From Paramicrosporidium saccamoebae KSL3 (Eukaryota; Fungi; Cryptomycota), in contig MTSL01000075.1 of assembly GCA_002794465.1 (NCBI GenBank), positions 1-22,046 on the forward strand: a DNA stretch of 22,046 bases. The letters are read 5' to 3'. The position numbers and the translations under genes were made by a program. This document shows, piece after piece, positions 1 to 8,442 of the stretch. The notes below the pieces were generated by a model. The model was not told the DNA's origin. It saw only the letters and a program-made list of their open reading frames with translations, and made no database searches. Numbering within the stretch: the first letter of the stretch is position 1; each line of letters starts with the position of its first letter.

Positions 1-63
1 CCGCCTTTGTGGTGATTCTCCATGAGATATGATAGAAATTACCAAGCTACAGAGAATAAAGGT

Positions 64-636
64 TTAGTCATCAGAGGGGGGCATCTCCTCTTCAATATAT
101 TTTATCAGTTTGACTTTGATTTCAGTCATGGTCAAGGTTGAATTCAGCAATGGATCACTAACGATGGAACATTCTACTAACATGTTCACCATTTCCAATG
201 CACCGCGGATCACACCACACAGAATGTTTGCATAATGTAGACCGCCCTTGACTGCCAACTCGGGCAGTTCCACCATTTCCCCACCTAATCCGTCATTCTC
301 CATACTGATTGTCCATTCTCGACCATCACCCTCCACGGTCACCCCCAGGTTTAGGAATTGTCGGAACGCCACTCGCACCATCTCTCCGCATTCCCGAAAG
401 TCATTGCATCGAAGGGGCGTGCGGGCCAGGAACTCGTCAATCAGACGACAGCCCAGAGAATGTCCCAGCTTGTCCAGATGTTGGTTTACGGCTGCCGGGT
501 CTGTATGGTCCGCTAGCAGCTGCGCAACAAGTGCGCCATATGTGAGCGTGAAAAGGTCACCATTCACCTTGTCACTTCGCTTCCATGCATCCTCTCCCAA
601 CTGTTTCCAATTCTTACTGCTTCCCGAACTCATCAT
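64..636 (-). CDS. BET3: TRAPP complex subunit Bet3 (TRAPPC3), 190 aa; start could be the second ATG at 633
   Basis: Recognisable Bet3 segments: KVNGDLFTLTYGALVAQLL, DKLGHSLGCRLIDEFLA, RCNDFRE (position of the palmitoylated Cys), YANILCGVIRGALEMV, TEIKVKLIKYIEEEMP. Confidence 0.93.
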   Translation of the reverse strand: MMSSGSSKNWKQLGEDAWKRSDKVNGDLFTLTYGALVAQLLADHTDPAAVNQHLDKLGHSLGCRLIDEFLARTPLRCNDFRECGEMVRVAFRQFLNLGVTVEGDGREWTISMENDGLGGEMVELPELAVKGGLHYANILCGVIRGALEMVNMLVECSIVSDPLLNSTLTMTEIKVKLIKYIEEEMPPSDD

Positions 637-747
637 TATTTGTAGTTATGTTACGAATATTCAATTCTGCCATAATGGTTTACCGATGTAAAGAAATGTC
701 AATTAGACCTGTATGTCCACAGACTCGAATCCATTTCAACTCAACCC

Positions 748-844
748 AATCCAAGTTGATCCAACCTATAAATCCAAGTTGGTACAACCTATAAATCCAA
801 GTTGATCCAACCTACAAATCCAAGTCGATCCAACTTACTAATCC
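748..844. repeat. Tandem array, 4 copies of a 23-bp unit (consensus AATCCAAGTTGATCCAACCTATA) plus a partial fifth copy
   Basis: Units start at 748, 771, 794 and 817, each differing from consensus by 0-3 substitutions; AATCC partial at 840. Confidence 0.92.
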
Positions 845-880
845 CCTATATCGCCTACACTTGGCTAACCATACGCATGT

Positions 881-2744
881 TTATGATACAAAACTATGAC
901 CATTGCCATTCTTCAATAAATTTACAAATTGTGGGAAATGACTCAGCTTCTTCTTCAGCTCTGACGGCAGTTGCTGGTCAATGTCAAGCCATGACTGCGA
1001 TCCCTCCTGTCGACGATCGTAAAAGGCTACTCGATTGCGTCGCCCATCAATTAATACCGTTTGGCCATCGGTAAATAGAAGAAGGAATTGCTCCGCGGGA
1101 GATGCTAGACACCAGCCCACATTGGGGAGATATGTCTTGTACGCATACTCGAATGAACGATCGGCCGAGGGGACGCGCGGAGACATGGATGCCATCGACG
1201 TGGAAATGAGTGTACTGATTTGAGGTGCCGTAATCTCGCCTGCATGGGTAGTGCTCTCACGAATAACATATGGAAATGGATGGCATTCCCTTTTCCCCGC
1301 TATCCGCAGTGCTGTCTCACAACACTGTCTGTAGCGAGTCAGACACTCACTAACCACCAATCGGTCTTGGATTGGCGTAATCCGCTCTACCAACAATTCC
1401 TCTATCCTCCTCTCACTGCCATCCGTCCTCCTCAGAACCATCACCCCATTTGATGGAAAATAGTCTACCCGCAATCCTGTATTATATCGGATCTGGAAAT
1501 CATGTGGAGCCGGATTACACATAAGAAAGGCCTTGAGAGTGTCGGCAACAAGCGCTATCTGGGGCGTCTTTGATCGCACCAAACTCACAAATCTCCGTCC
1601 ATACTCATATCTCGCAGATAAGCGAGACGGCATCTCGGCATATCCAACTTGTTCCCTGGGATAGGAATCTTGGTTCCACGGCTTCCGGTAGAGATTAAGC
1701 ACTTTTCCGTCTTGGGAAATGACCAAGACGTCCTCTTCGCTGGTAAAATCAACTGCTAATCGGCCATCAGAAAGTATTTGGACCCATCCATGCCGCGTCC
1801 TCTGTTGTATTGCCTTGCACTGCAGTGTGTTCAGCGGCTCTTTGCTAAAGCGCGGCACTGGCGGCTTCAGGAACGAATGTCTCCTAATCTGCTCCAGCGA
1901 CAATCTCCGTGACGGCTCCAGTACAATCATCCGACCAATCAAGTCCCTCGCCTCGGCGGAAACTCTGTCTGGAATCTGAAATTCTCCCCTACTTACGCGC
2001 GCAAATGTGTCCCTGAGATCGGAGCTCTCAAAGGGTGGTCGACCCACAATCATTGTGTACAACAGACATCCCAACGACCAAATGTCGGCAGCCTTTCCGT
2101 AGGGCCGCTTCAGGATCACCTCGGGGGCCAAATAATTGGGCGTGCCGCACAATGTCTGTTGTTCGCAGTCCCGATTCTCCTCAATCTTTACTGCCAATCC
2201 AAAATCAGCAATTTTCTAAACATTATAAGACGTCGATGAGGTGATACCGGCGTCAGGTCATCAGTCAGCAAAATATTGGACAACTTTAAATCACGATGAA
2301 TAATTCCATGCGAATGAAGGTAGGTGACACCATCCACAATTGCGCAAAATATCCGCCTCACATCTCCCTCTGTTAATTTGGGGCCTCTCCTCACCCGCTG
2401 GTAAAGCTCTCCGCTGGCCAATTCCATCACCAGAAAAACGTGTTCAGCGTCTTCGAAAAAATGCAGCAACTCTAGGACATTTCCATGACGTAGTTGGTAG
2501 TGTATGGCCACTTCGTTGCGGACACGGAGGGAGAGATTGTGGAGACGGATGGTGGACTTGTCCAGCGCTTTGATCGCAACCCGTCGACCAGACACTTGCG
2601 CCTCAAAGACAGTGCCAAATGCACCCTTTCCTATTTGTGCAACGACAGTGTAGTCCTAGCAACATGAAATACCCCACGAATGTGCACCTCTATATGGCTG
2701 GGATAAGAAAAGGGTGCGTCTAAACTGGACCTATTAACCAGCAT
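881..2744 (-). CDS. PLK4: Polo-like kinase 4 (PLK4/SAK)-type kinase, about 599 aa; exons 2744-2688, 2655-2248, 2215-881
   Basis: Two 32-nt GT-AG introns (2687-2656, 2247-2216) join the ORFs into MLVNRSSLDAPFSYPSHIE|DYTVVAQIGKGAFG...HRDLKLSNILLTDDLTP|KIADFGLA...TLCGTPNYLAPE. The C-terminus has cryptic polo-box motifs (LNTLQCKAIQQRTRHGWVQIL; RYEYGRRFVSLVRSKTPQI) and a PB3-like PNVGW...LLFTDGQTVLI, which are typical of PLK4 rather than PLK1/Cdc5. Confidence 0.88.
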
Positions 2745-2886
2745 AACAAAAATGGCGCCAATTTCATCTTATCCCTTCTTATAAAAACTATGCAGACGGA
2801 CCTGCATCTCTTTTAGAGTGGTCATCTATTAGAATTGTTGTGCAGGATATATTCAGCTCGGGTCAGCATGACCGGGATGTGCCGGC
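2745..2886. promoter_or_regulatory. 142-bp divergent promoter region between PLK4 and dolichol kinase, with TATA-like TATAAAAA at 2780-2787
   Basis: Position between head-to-head start codons; AT-rich; TATA-like element on the + strand. Confidence 0.45.
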
Positions 2887-4326
2887 ATGCAGGTCAGTCG
2901 TAGTCACGTCTACAACACTCACAAGATTCCAGCTGTCATCATGGGATGTTTGTTCCTCACATACCAGCTGCAAGCTTTTTTATCACATATCTACACGGGG
3001 TGGAAGGACGCGGCATTAGTGATAGTGTCGCTCACATTTGACTGGGTGGAGGCTGATGAGCCGTTGCCCTTCCTAGGCGACCGCCTCCGGCCCAAGGTTT
3101 CCAGCAGCGCTGGTACAGCCATATCCCTCCTTCTGCTCTTTTCCAAACTTGCAGGTCTTTCTGTAGACTCGGCAATAAGGTCACAATTGACAATCATGCT
3201 ATGTTCCGTGCTTCTTCTTCGATACCGAACCTGGATGACTATTTGCGTCCTGCCAGTGTCGCTTTTCCTTATCAACGCAGCAACATTTCAGGACATCCTA
3301 CCAACAGTGATATTGTTTTGGTTGATATGGCGGCTTCCCAGGGCGTTTTCTGTGGGAGAGGGAATTATTTGCTCTATGCTCATATTCCATGCGGCAGTCT
3401 ACTCTGCATATTTTGTCACTTCTAATACGTCATCTCAATTGACAAGGATTGCAGCGGTAGGAGTTGTTAGTACACTTGCAATCCTAGGTCTACTCTCTCT
3501 AACCGCGAGACGAGTTTCGCCAATCGTGTTCTCTTCTTTATTGATGCTGTCTGGGGGATCCCTTTTGTATCGGTTCGTACAGATCGATAGACTGCTTAAA
3601 GAAGTTGTAGTTTCATCGAGGATTAGCATTTCTCTACGTTGGACGGGATTGCTGTTGTGCATCATCACGTCGACTTCACTGTTTCTAAGTTTTTTCAAAA
3701 CTCCCACACCTTTTCAGCACCAACTTTTGAGGAAATTTTACCATCTCATGGCAGTCATCATGTTCATCCCTCCCCTGATCCATGATGTTGACTGGCTTCG
3801 CTTTGGTCTTGCGATGGCTGCTTGCGTGTTCATTCTGAGCGAGACATTTCGTTTATTCTGCTGTAGCGCCGATTCTCATTTAACGCGAGTGATGAATACG
3901 TTTAGAAATGGATTGGACTCGGGTAATGCCGTACTATCGCATCTTTGGCTACTTTTGGGCTGCGCTATCCCGGTGTTTGCGGTACGGGACACTTGGGAAC
4001 CATCTGCAGCGGCTTCCGGAATCCTTTCTTTGGGAATTCTGGATTCTGCCGCTGCCATATTTGGAATGGGCTTTGGCAAGACACGCTGGCCCGGTAGGGA
4101 AAAGACCATAATGGGCAGCTTTTCCGGGATATTGGCCTATGTAGCTGTGCAATATCTTGTATTCTCGTTACACTCTTTACGAAATCCGGCTACAAACATT
4201 GTGCCATGGTTTATCCAGGGCGTCATATGTGCTGCTTGGGAGGCAATTTCCGACCAGAATGACAATATCACCTTGCCACTGGTTGCGTATATTAGTTGTG
4301 CTCTTATTCCCGCTGTAGATAGCTAG
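2887..4326 (+). CDS. SEC59: Dolichol kinase (Sec59/DOLK), multi-pass membrane protein, 479 aa; 5' end uncertain
   Basis: Hydrophobic throughout, with DOLK/cytidylyltransferase-family motifs: LLRKFYHLMAV, LSHLWLLLGCAIP, GILSLGILDSAAAIFG-x-x-FGKTRWPGREKT-x-x-GS, QNDNITLPL. Confidence 0.87.
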   Translation: MQVSRSHVYNTHKIPAVIMGCLFLTYQLQAFLSHIYTGWKDAALVIVSLTFDWVEADEPLPFLGDRLRPKVSSSAGTAISLLLLFSKLAGLSVDSAIRSQLTIMLCSVLLLRYRTWMTICVLPVSLFLINAATFQDILPTVILFWLIWRLPRAFSVGEGIICSMLIFHAAVYSAYFVTSNTSSQLTRIAAVGVVSTLAILGLLSLTARRVSPIVFSSLLMLSGGSLLYRFVQIDRLLKEVVVSSRISISLRWTGLLLCIITSTSLFLSFFKTPTPFQHQLLRKFYHLMAVIMFIPPLIHDVDWLRFGLAMAACVFILSETFRLFCCSADSHLTRVMNTFRNGLDSGNAVLSHLWLLLGCAIPVFAVRDTWEPSAAASGILSLGILDSAAAIFGMGFGKTRWPGREKTIMGSFSGILAYVAVQYLVFSLHSLRNPATNIVPWFIQGVICAAWEAISDQNDNITLPLVAYISCALIPAVDS

Positions 4327-4375
4327 CAGAATGTGGAGGGAGCAATGCCCATAAAAAATAAAAATTGGTTTAACC

Positions 4376-4382
4376 TGATTGG
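4376..4382. promoter_or_regulatory. CCAAT-box-like element (TGATTGG) about 52 bp upstream of the Rab11 ATG
   Basis: The same 7-mer recurs just upstream of two other start codons (16067-16073, 18306-18312). Confidence 0.4.
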
Positions 4383-4434
4383 GAAAGCGGGACACCGTGG
4401 CTCGTCGTTTGGTTGATTACAGAGCACTTGACAA

Positions 4435-5100
4435 ATGAGCGCCGAAGACGAATACGATTATCTCTTCAAAGGTAGGAATGAGTAGTGTGCGTAATCCATA
4501 GTGGTTCTCATTGGAGATTCCGGCGTTGGTAAATCCAACCTTTTGCTGCGCTTCACCAAGAACGACTTTCTCATGGAGAGCAAGTCGACGATTGGCGTGG
4601 AATTTGCAACCCGCACCCTCAAAGTCTCTGGAAAGACGGTAAAGGCGCAAATCTGGGACACGGCCGGACAGGAGCGCTACCGTGCCATCACGAGCGCCTA
4701 TTATCGCGGGGCCGTGGGAGCACTGCTTGTTTACGATATTACGAAGAAGCAGACCTTTGACAATACGGAGAGATGGCTGGGAGAGCTACGCGAACATGCG
4801 GACGACGATATTGTCATTCTGCTAGTGGGAAATAAGAGCGATTTGCGCCATATCCGGGCTGTCTCGACTGAGGAGGGTGCCTCCTTTGCTGAAAAAAATG
4901 GATTGTTCTTTATTGAGACATCCGCCCTCGATGCCACCAACGTAGACAAGGCCTTTGAGACTATTCTTTCTGAGCGCTACAAAATCATCTCGCAGCGTCA
5001 GTTGGAAGGCGCTGCAGAGCCGTCTGCAGGACCCTCCGCCGGCACCAAGATCAGCATCGCCCCACCCGCCGATGATAAGCCCAAATCGGGCTGCTGCTAA
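4435..5100 (+). CDS. RAB11: Rab11-family GTPase (Ypt31/32, Ypt3), 211 aa; exons 4435-4471, 4502-5100
   Basis: A 30-nt intron (4472-4501, GTAGGA...CATAG) gives [12 protein letters not shown]|[15 protein letters not shown]; [48 protein letters not shown]; C-terminal CC prenylation motif. Confidence 0.96.
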
Positions 5101-5124
5101 TTGAAAGTAATAAAATTTTATCTT

Positions 5125-5598
5125 ATGTCGGGACCATGGGAGCAGCGGATGAGTGCCTCAAGAGGCGTTCCATACTATTTTAACCGAGAGACGGGCGAGT
5201 CCCGGTGGGAGAAGCCGACTACGGAGATGGTAAGGGCATTCCATTTGCTGGTAAAACATTGCGGGTCGCGAAAGCCCTCGTCCTGGCGGCAAGACAAAAT
5301 TACACGCACCCTCGAAGAGGCCTTGTCCATCTTGCAAGGTATTATAACTACACGTCCCCTTATCCTAGGCTACGAGCAGGACATTAAAAGTTCTGCAGAC
5401 CCATTTGCACGTTTCAAGGAACTGGCTAGTGAATATAGCGATTGCAGCAGCGCCAAGCAGGGCGGGGATCTCGGCGAGTTTGGACGCGGTCAGATGCAAA
5501 AGGCATTTGAGGAGGCTGCCTTTGCCCTACAATTAGGCGAGATGAGTGGTCCCGTCACTACAGATTCTGGCGTGCATCTTATTTACCGACCAAAATAA
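5125..5598 (+). CDS. PIN1: Pin1/Ess1 peptidyl-prolyl isomerase (WW + parvulin), about 147 aa; exons 5125-5338, 5369-5598
   Basis: WW domain (WEQRMS...YYFN...SRWEKP); parvulin motifs [41 protein letters not shown]. Removing the in-frame 30-nt GT...CTAG segment (5339-5368) restores the canonical ILQG|YEQDIK helix. The ORF-track start at 5101 is a TTG; the ATG is at 5125. Confidence 0.94.
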   Translation: MSGPWEQRMSASRGVPYYFNRETGESRWEKPTTEMVRAFHLLVKHCGSRKPSSWRQDKITRTLEEALSILQGIITTRPLILGYEQDIKSSADPFARFKELASEYSDCSSAKQGGDLGEFGRGQMQKAFEEAAFALQLGEMSGPVTTDSGVHLIYRPK

Positions 5599-5599
5599 A
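5594..5599 (+). terminator. Candidate polyadenylation signal AATAAA overlapping the Pin1 stop codon
   Basis: AA-TAA-A, with the stop TAA at 5596-5598. Confidence 0.4.
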
Positions 5600-5643
5600 A
5601 GTAGTAAGGGTATTCTGTGGTGTCCTGTGATAAAGTAGTTTGC

Positions 5644-5851
5644 GTTCAAGGACTAATAATCTTTGTTTCTAGCATGATCTGATGAAAGAGGTAAAGTTCA
5701 AGGAATAATAATCGTTATTTATAGCATGATCCGATGAAAGAGTTGACGTTCAAGGACTAGCAATCTTTGTTTCTAGCATGACCCGATGGAAGAGTTAAAG
5801 TTCAAGGAATAATAATCTTTGTTTCCAACATGATCCGACGAAAGAACTTGC
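5644..5851. repeat. Tandem array, 4 x 52 bp with alternating A/B variants (104-bp higher-order unit)
   Basis: Units start with GTTCAAGGA at 5644, 5696, 5748 and 5800; core TAATAATCTTTGTTTCTAGCATGATCCGATGAAAGAG. Copies 1 and 3 have GGACTA and end TAAA; copies 2 and 4 have GGAATA and end TTGAC/TTGC. Confidence 0.93.
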
Positions 5852-6025
5852 CCTATAAATGGCGGACGATAATTAGTAACAACAGGTCTCGTTAAGCCCG
5901 TGTGGTAATAGTTCCTATGCCGCAAGATATTGCCAGACTCCCCAATACAGTTAACACTAATACTCGCTCGTACATTATAAATCCTTTAGTGCAATCTTCA
6001 ATATCACATTAGTTATGTACTTTAA

Positions 6026-7840
6026 TTAGTCGAGACGGGTGGACGTAATACCCGGCGTGGAGCGTCGTCCCGTGTGTCCAAACACCAGCTCCTCGCCTTT
6101 ACGCCGAATCACGTGTCCCCCGTTGCCGTCAAGGGTGACGAGAATCGCAATCTGTTCCATCAGGGCTGGCTCCATGCGGTGGCCAATCGTGACGGTGGTA
6201 ATGCCTCGTTTCCAGAATTCCTCGTAAATGATCTTTTCGGTGGGCATGTCTACAGCGCTGGTGGCCTCGTCAAGGATGGCAAAATGAGGCGATTCCAGGA
6301 GCACTCGCGCAAGGACCAGCCGCTGCATTTCACCAGGCGAAAGCATCTCCATCCAGCGGGCGCGGGGCCACGACTTGCTCATTCCGCCCGTGCGGAAGGG
6401 CAGTGAGGCCAAATTCACCGCCATAAGAATGCGGCATGCTTCGTCATTGATTCCATAATCATTCTCCAAACCTAACTGTTCCAGCAGAGTTCCCGAATAG
6501 ACAATGGGCTCCTGTGGAGCACACGAGATTTTGGCATTTCCGAGCACTGCCACCCTCCCCCTTGTGGGTCTCCATAAGCGCATCAGAATGCGGACCAGTG
6601 AGGTCTTTCCCGATCCATTGGGTCCAGTAATATACACGTGATTTCCTTGCTCAATGCGCAGATCAAAGTCTTCAATGTGGCATTGCTCGTCAGGACTGAC
6701 AATGTCGAGGCCCGAAAACAGAATAGTAGGGGCCCTGATCTCGCGGTCCTGCGCCGTCTCCCATTGGCGAATATAGTCGCGTTCCTCTGCAAGTCGACAG
6801 AATTCGGCTATCCGAGAAGCGTGCGCCGTCATTGCAGTCACGTGGTTACCAATCTGAACAAAATCACTCAGCTTGCTTATCAGATAGAGCGTAGTAAAGC
6901 TGCCGTGGTTGATAAACTCGGAAATCTCGGCCGGAGTGTACAAGCTAAAGTCGGCCGTGTAGTACAGGATGGCATAATTGAGGACACCGCCCACAAAGGC
7001 AAAAAAGTTGCCAATGCAATTCATCATAAACTGCAGACTCAGCACTAGGGGCAAGTGATCGTATATCTTTGAGAAGGAGCTCTCCACGTCTTTTCGGAAT
7101 CGCGCCCCAGTCCTGCTGAGGAAGATTGGTTCGGATTCGTTTCGCACTGCGGCATGGGAGAAGCGAAAGTCACCCTCAAGATTGTCAAGATGCGCCGTGA
7201 GCTTGACCAGCTTTGGCATAACGAGACGCTGCAAGATAACCCCGACGCCAAAGAAGACATAAATGAGGATGATGGCAAGTAATCCGTTCGTCTTGTAAGC
7301 ATCTCGAGAGTAAATGACGACAAGGACGGGCGAGAGGACAAACTTTTCAATGGTGGTAATCAGAGATGCACAAAACTCGTTTACGTCGGCGGTTATCCGT
7401 TGATCAGGATTATCTACCACTTGATTCAGCCGGTAAAAGGCGCCAGCCCCAAAGTACTTGTCGTTGAGTGCCTCAGTTAGCATCGATCTCAGTAACCTCG
7501 CCAGACATCCGGTACAGTACGACTTTGCGCTAATGTACAGTGACGACATGGTCATGAACACGGTCATGGAATACAGCTGTTTGTAGAACGTCTTGCGTCT
7601 TCCCTCCACAATTAGTCGAAACAAATTTCCCGTTGCAACCCCCAAGTTCCTCGCATTACACTCCAACACTATCGACAGCACCACTAGCAGCACAAAGAAC
7701 AGCTCAATTCGCTCCGTAAACGCCGACTGTTTCCGCCTCTTCATATAGTAGCTCAGTGTCAACCAGGCGGTGAAGGCAACATTTTTGTAGTTGGTACGCC
7801 TTGAATTGACCGGTTTAATTAATTGCTCTTCGCTCCTCAT
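6026..7840 (-). CDS. ABCD4: ABC subfamily D half-transporter, ABCD4-like, about 604 aa (first in-frame ATG 7840; the ORF track starts at GTG 7873)
   Basis: TMD motifs FYRLN..VDNPDQRITADV and LEGDFRFSH; Walker A GPNGSGKTS; signature LSPGEMQRL (ABCD4-type, versus LSGGE in ABCD1-3); Walker B AILDEATSA; TIGHR. Confidence 0.82.
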   Translation of the reverse strand: MRSEEQLIKPVNSRRTNYKNVAFTAWLTLSYYMKRRKQSAFTERIELFFVLLVVLSIVLECNARNLGVATGNLFRLIVEGRRKTFYKQLYSMTVFMTMSSLYISAKSYCTGCLARLLRSMLTEALNDKYFGAGAFYRLNQVVDNPDQRITADVNEFCASLITTIEKFVLSPVLVVIYSRDAYKTNGLLAIILIYVFFGVGVILQRLVMPKLVKLTAHLDNLEGDFRFSHAAVRNESEPIFLSRTGARFRKDVESSFSKIYDHLPLVLSLQFMMNCIGNFFAFVGGVLNYAILYYTADFSLYTPAEISEFINHGSFTTLYLISKLSDFVQIGNHVTAMTAHASRIAEFCRLAEERDYIRQWETAQDREIRAPTILFSGLDIVSPDEQCHIEDFDLRIEQGNHVYITGPNGSGKTSLVRILMRLWRPTRGRVAVLGNAKISCAPQEPIVYSGTLLEQLGLENDYGINDEACRILMAVNLASLPFRTGGMSKSWPRARWMEMLSPGEMQRLVLARVLLESPHFAILDEATSAVDMPTEKIIYEEFWKRGITTVTIGHRMEPALMEQIAILVTLDGNGGHVIRRKGEELVFGHTGRRSTPGITSTRLD

Positions 7841-8020
7841 TACCGGCTGAGTTGCAAAGCGAAAATGCGACACCGCCCTGGAAATCGGAAAAGCACCGAT
7901 AATGCTCTTTTGCTATCGCCAATTATTCGTTATTGCAAGTTCCATTTTTGGTTAATGAACCTGGCTATTATATAAGCGTTAATAAAACAAAGTGACATAA
8001 AGAAGGTGGTGTAGTATTAT

Positions 8021-8137
8021 TATTAGTGTTAATGGGACTGAGAATGGACATGAGTGCAGTATTAGTGAATGCGAGTATGAGAATGCATCCAAGTGCGTTA
8101 TTGATGAATACAAGTATAAGCGAATGCATTATTAATG
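8021..8137. repeat. Degenerate tandem repeat of about 39 bp, 2-3 copies
   Basis: Copies at 8021 and 8060 match at 24/39 positions by hand count (shared TATTAGTG, TGAGAATG, AGTGC). A third copy at 8099 aligns to the second with a 2-nt offset. Confidence 0.4.
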
Positions 8138-8442
8138 AGACGTGGTTAGCCAACTCGTTGTCTGAGGTCTAATAACTTCCATTGGGCACCACGATCTGAT
8201 GGTGAGTCTTGCCCCATAAATGAAGACGATATTTAACAAAAGAAGCTCTTGCTTAAAGTGTCACGATAAGGAGTTCCTGTACGTAGGCTGTTGTATCACC
8301 ACGGGACACTTAATAATAATATCGATGAGTAAGAATGTATTTGGCAAATACTATATATATATACTAGTTAGGGATCAAATCTCCTAGGTGGTACTTACAA
8401 ACTTTACGGTATCTATGGATCAGCAATTCCATACTCTGAATG

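Noticed and set aside
248-691. 147-aa plus-strand ORF
   Set aside because: Antisense shadow of BET3.
2747-2760. YY1-like AAAATGGCG (AATGGCG also near 5858 and 18277)
   Set aside because: Only three short matches, one not in a promoter, and no evidence of the cognate factor; compatible with chance or a uORF start.
2893-2925. 33-nt in-frame intron at the start of dolichol kinase
   Set aside because: Good donor but a weak AAG acceptor and no clear branch site; the poorly conserved N-terminus cannot decide it.
5644-5851. CRISPR array or hammerhead ribozyme (CTGATGA at about 5677-5683)
   Set aside because: There are no unique spacers and the context is eukaryotic. CTGATGA is not followed by stem II and GAAA, and it is not conserved in the other copies.
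8352-8363. (TA)6 microsatellite
   Set aside because: Real but too short to be informative.
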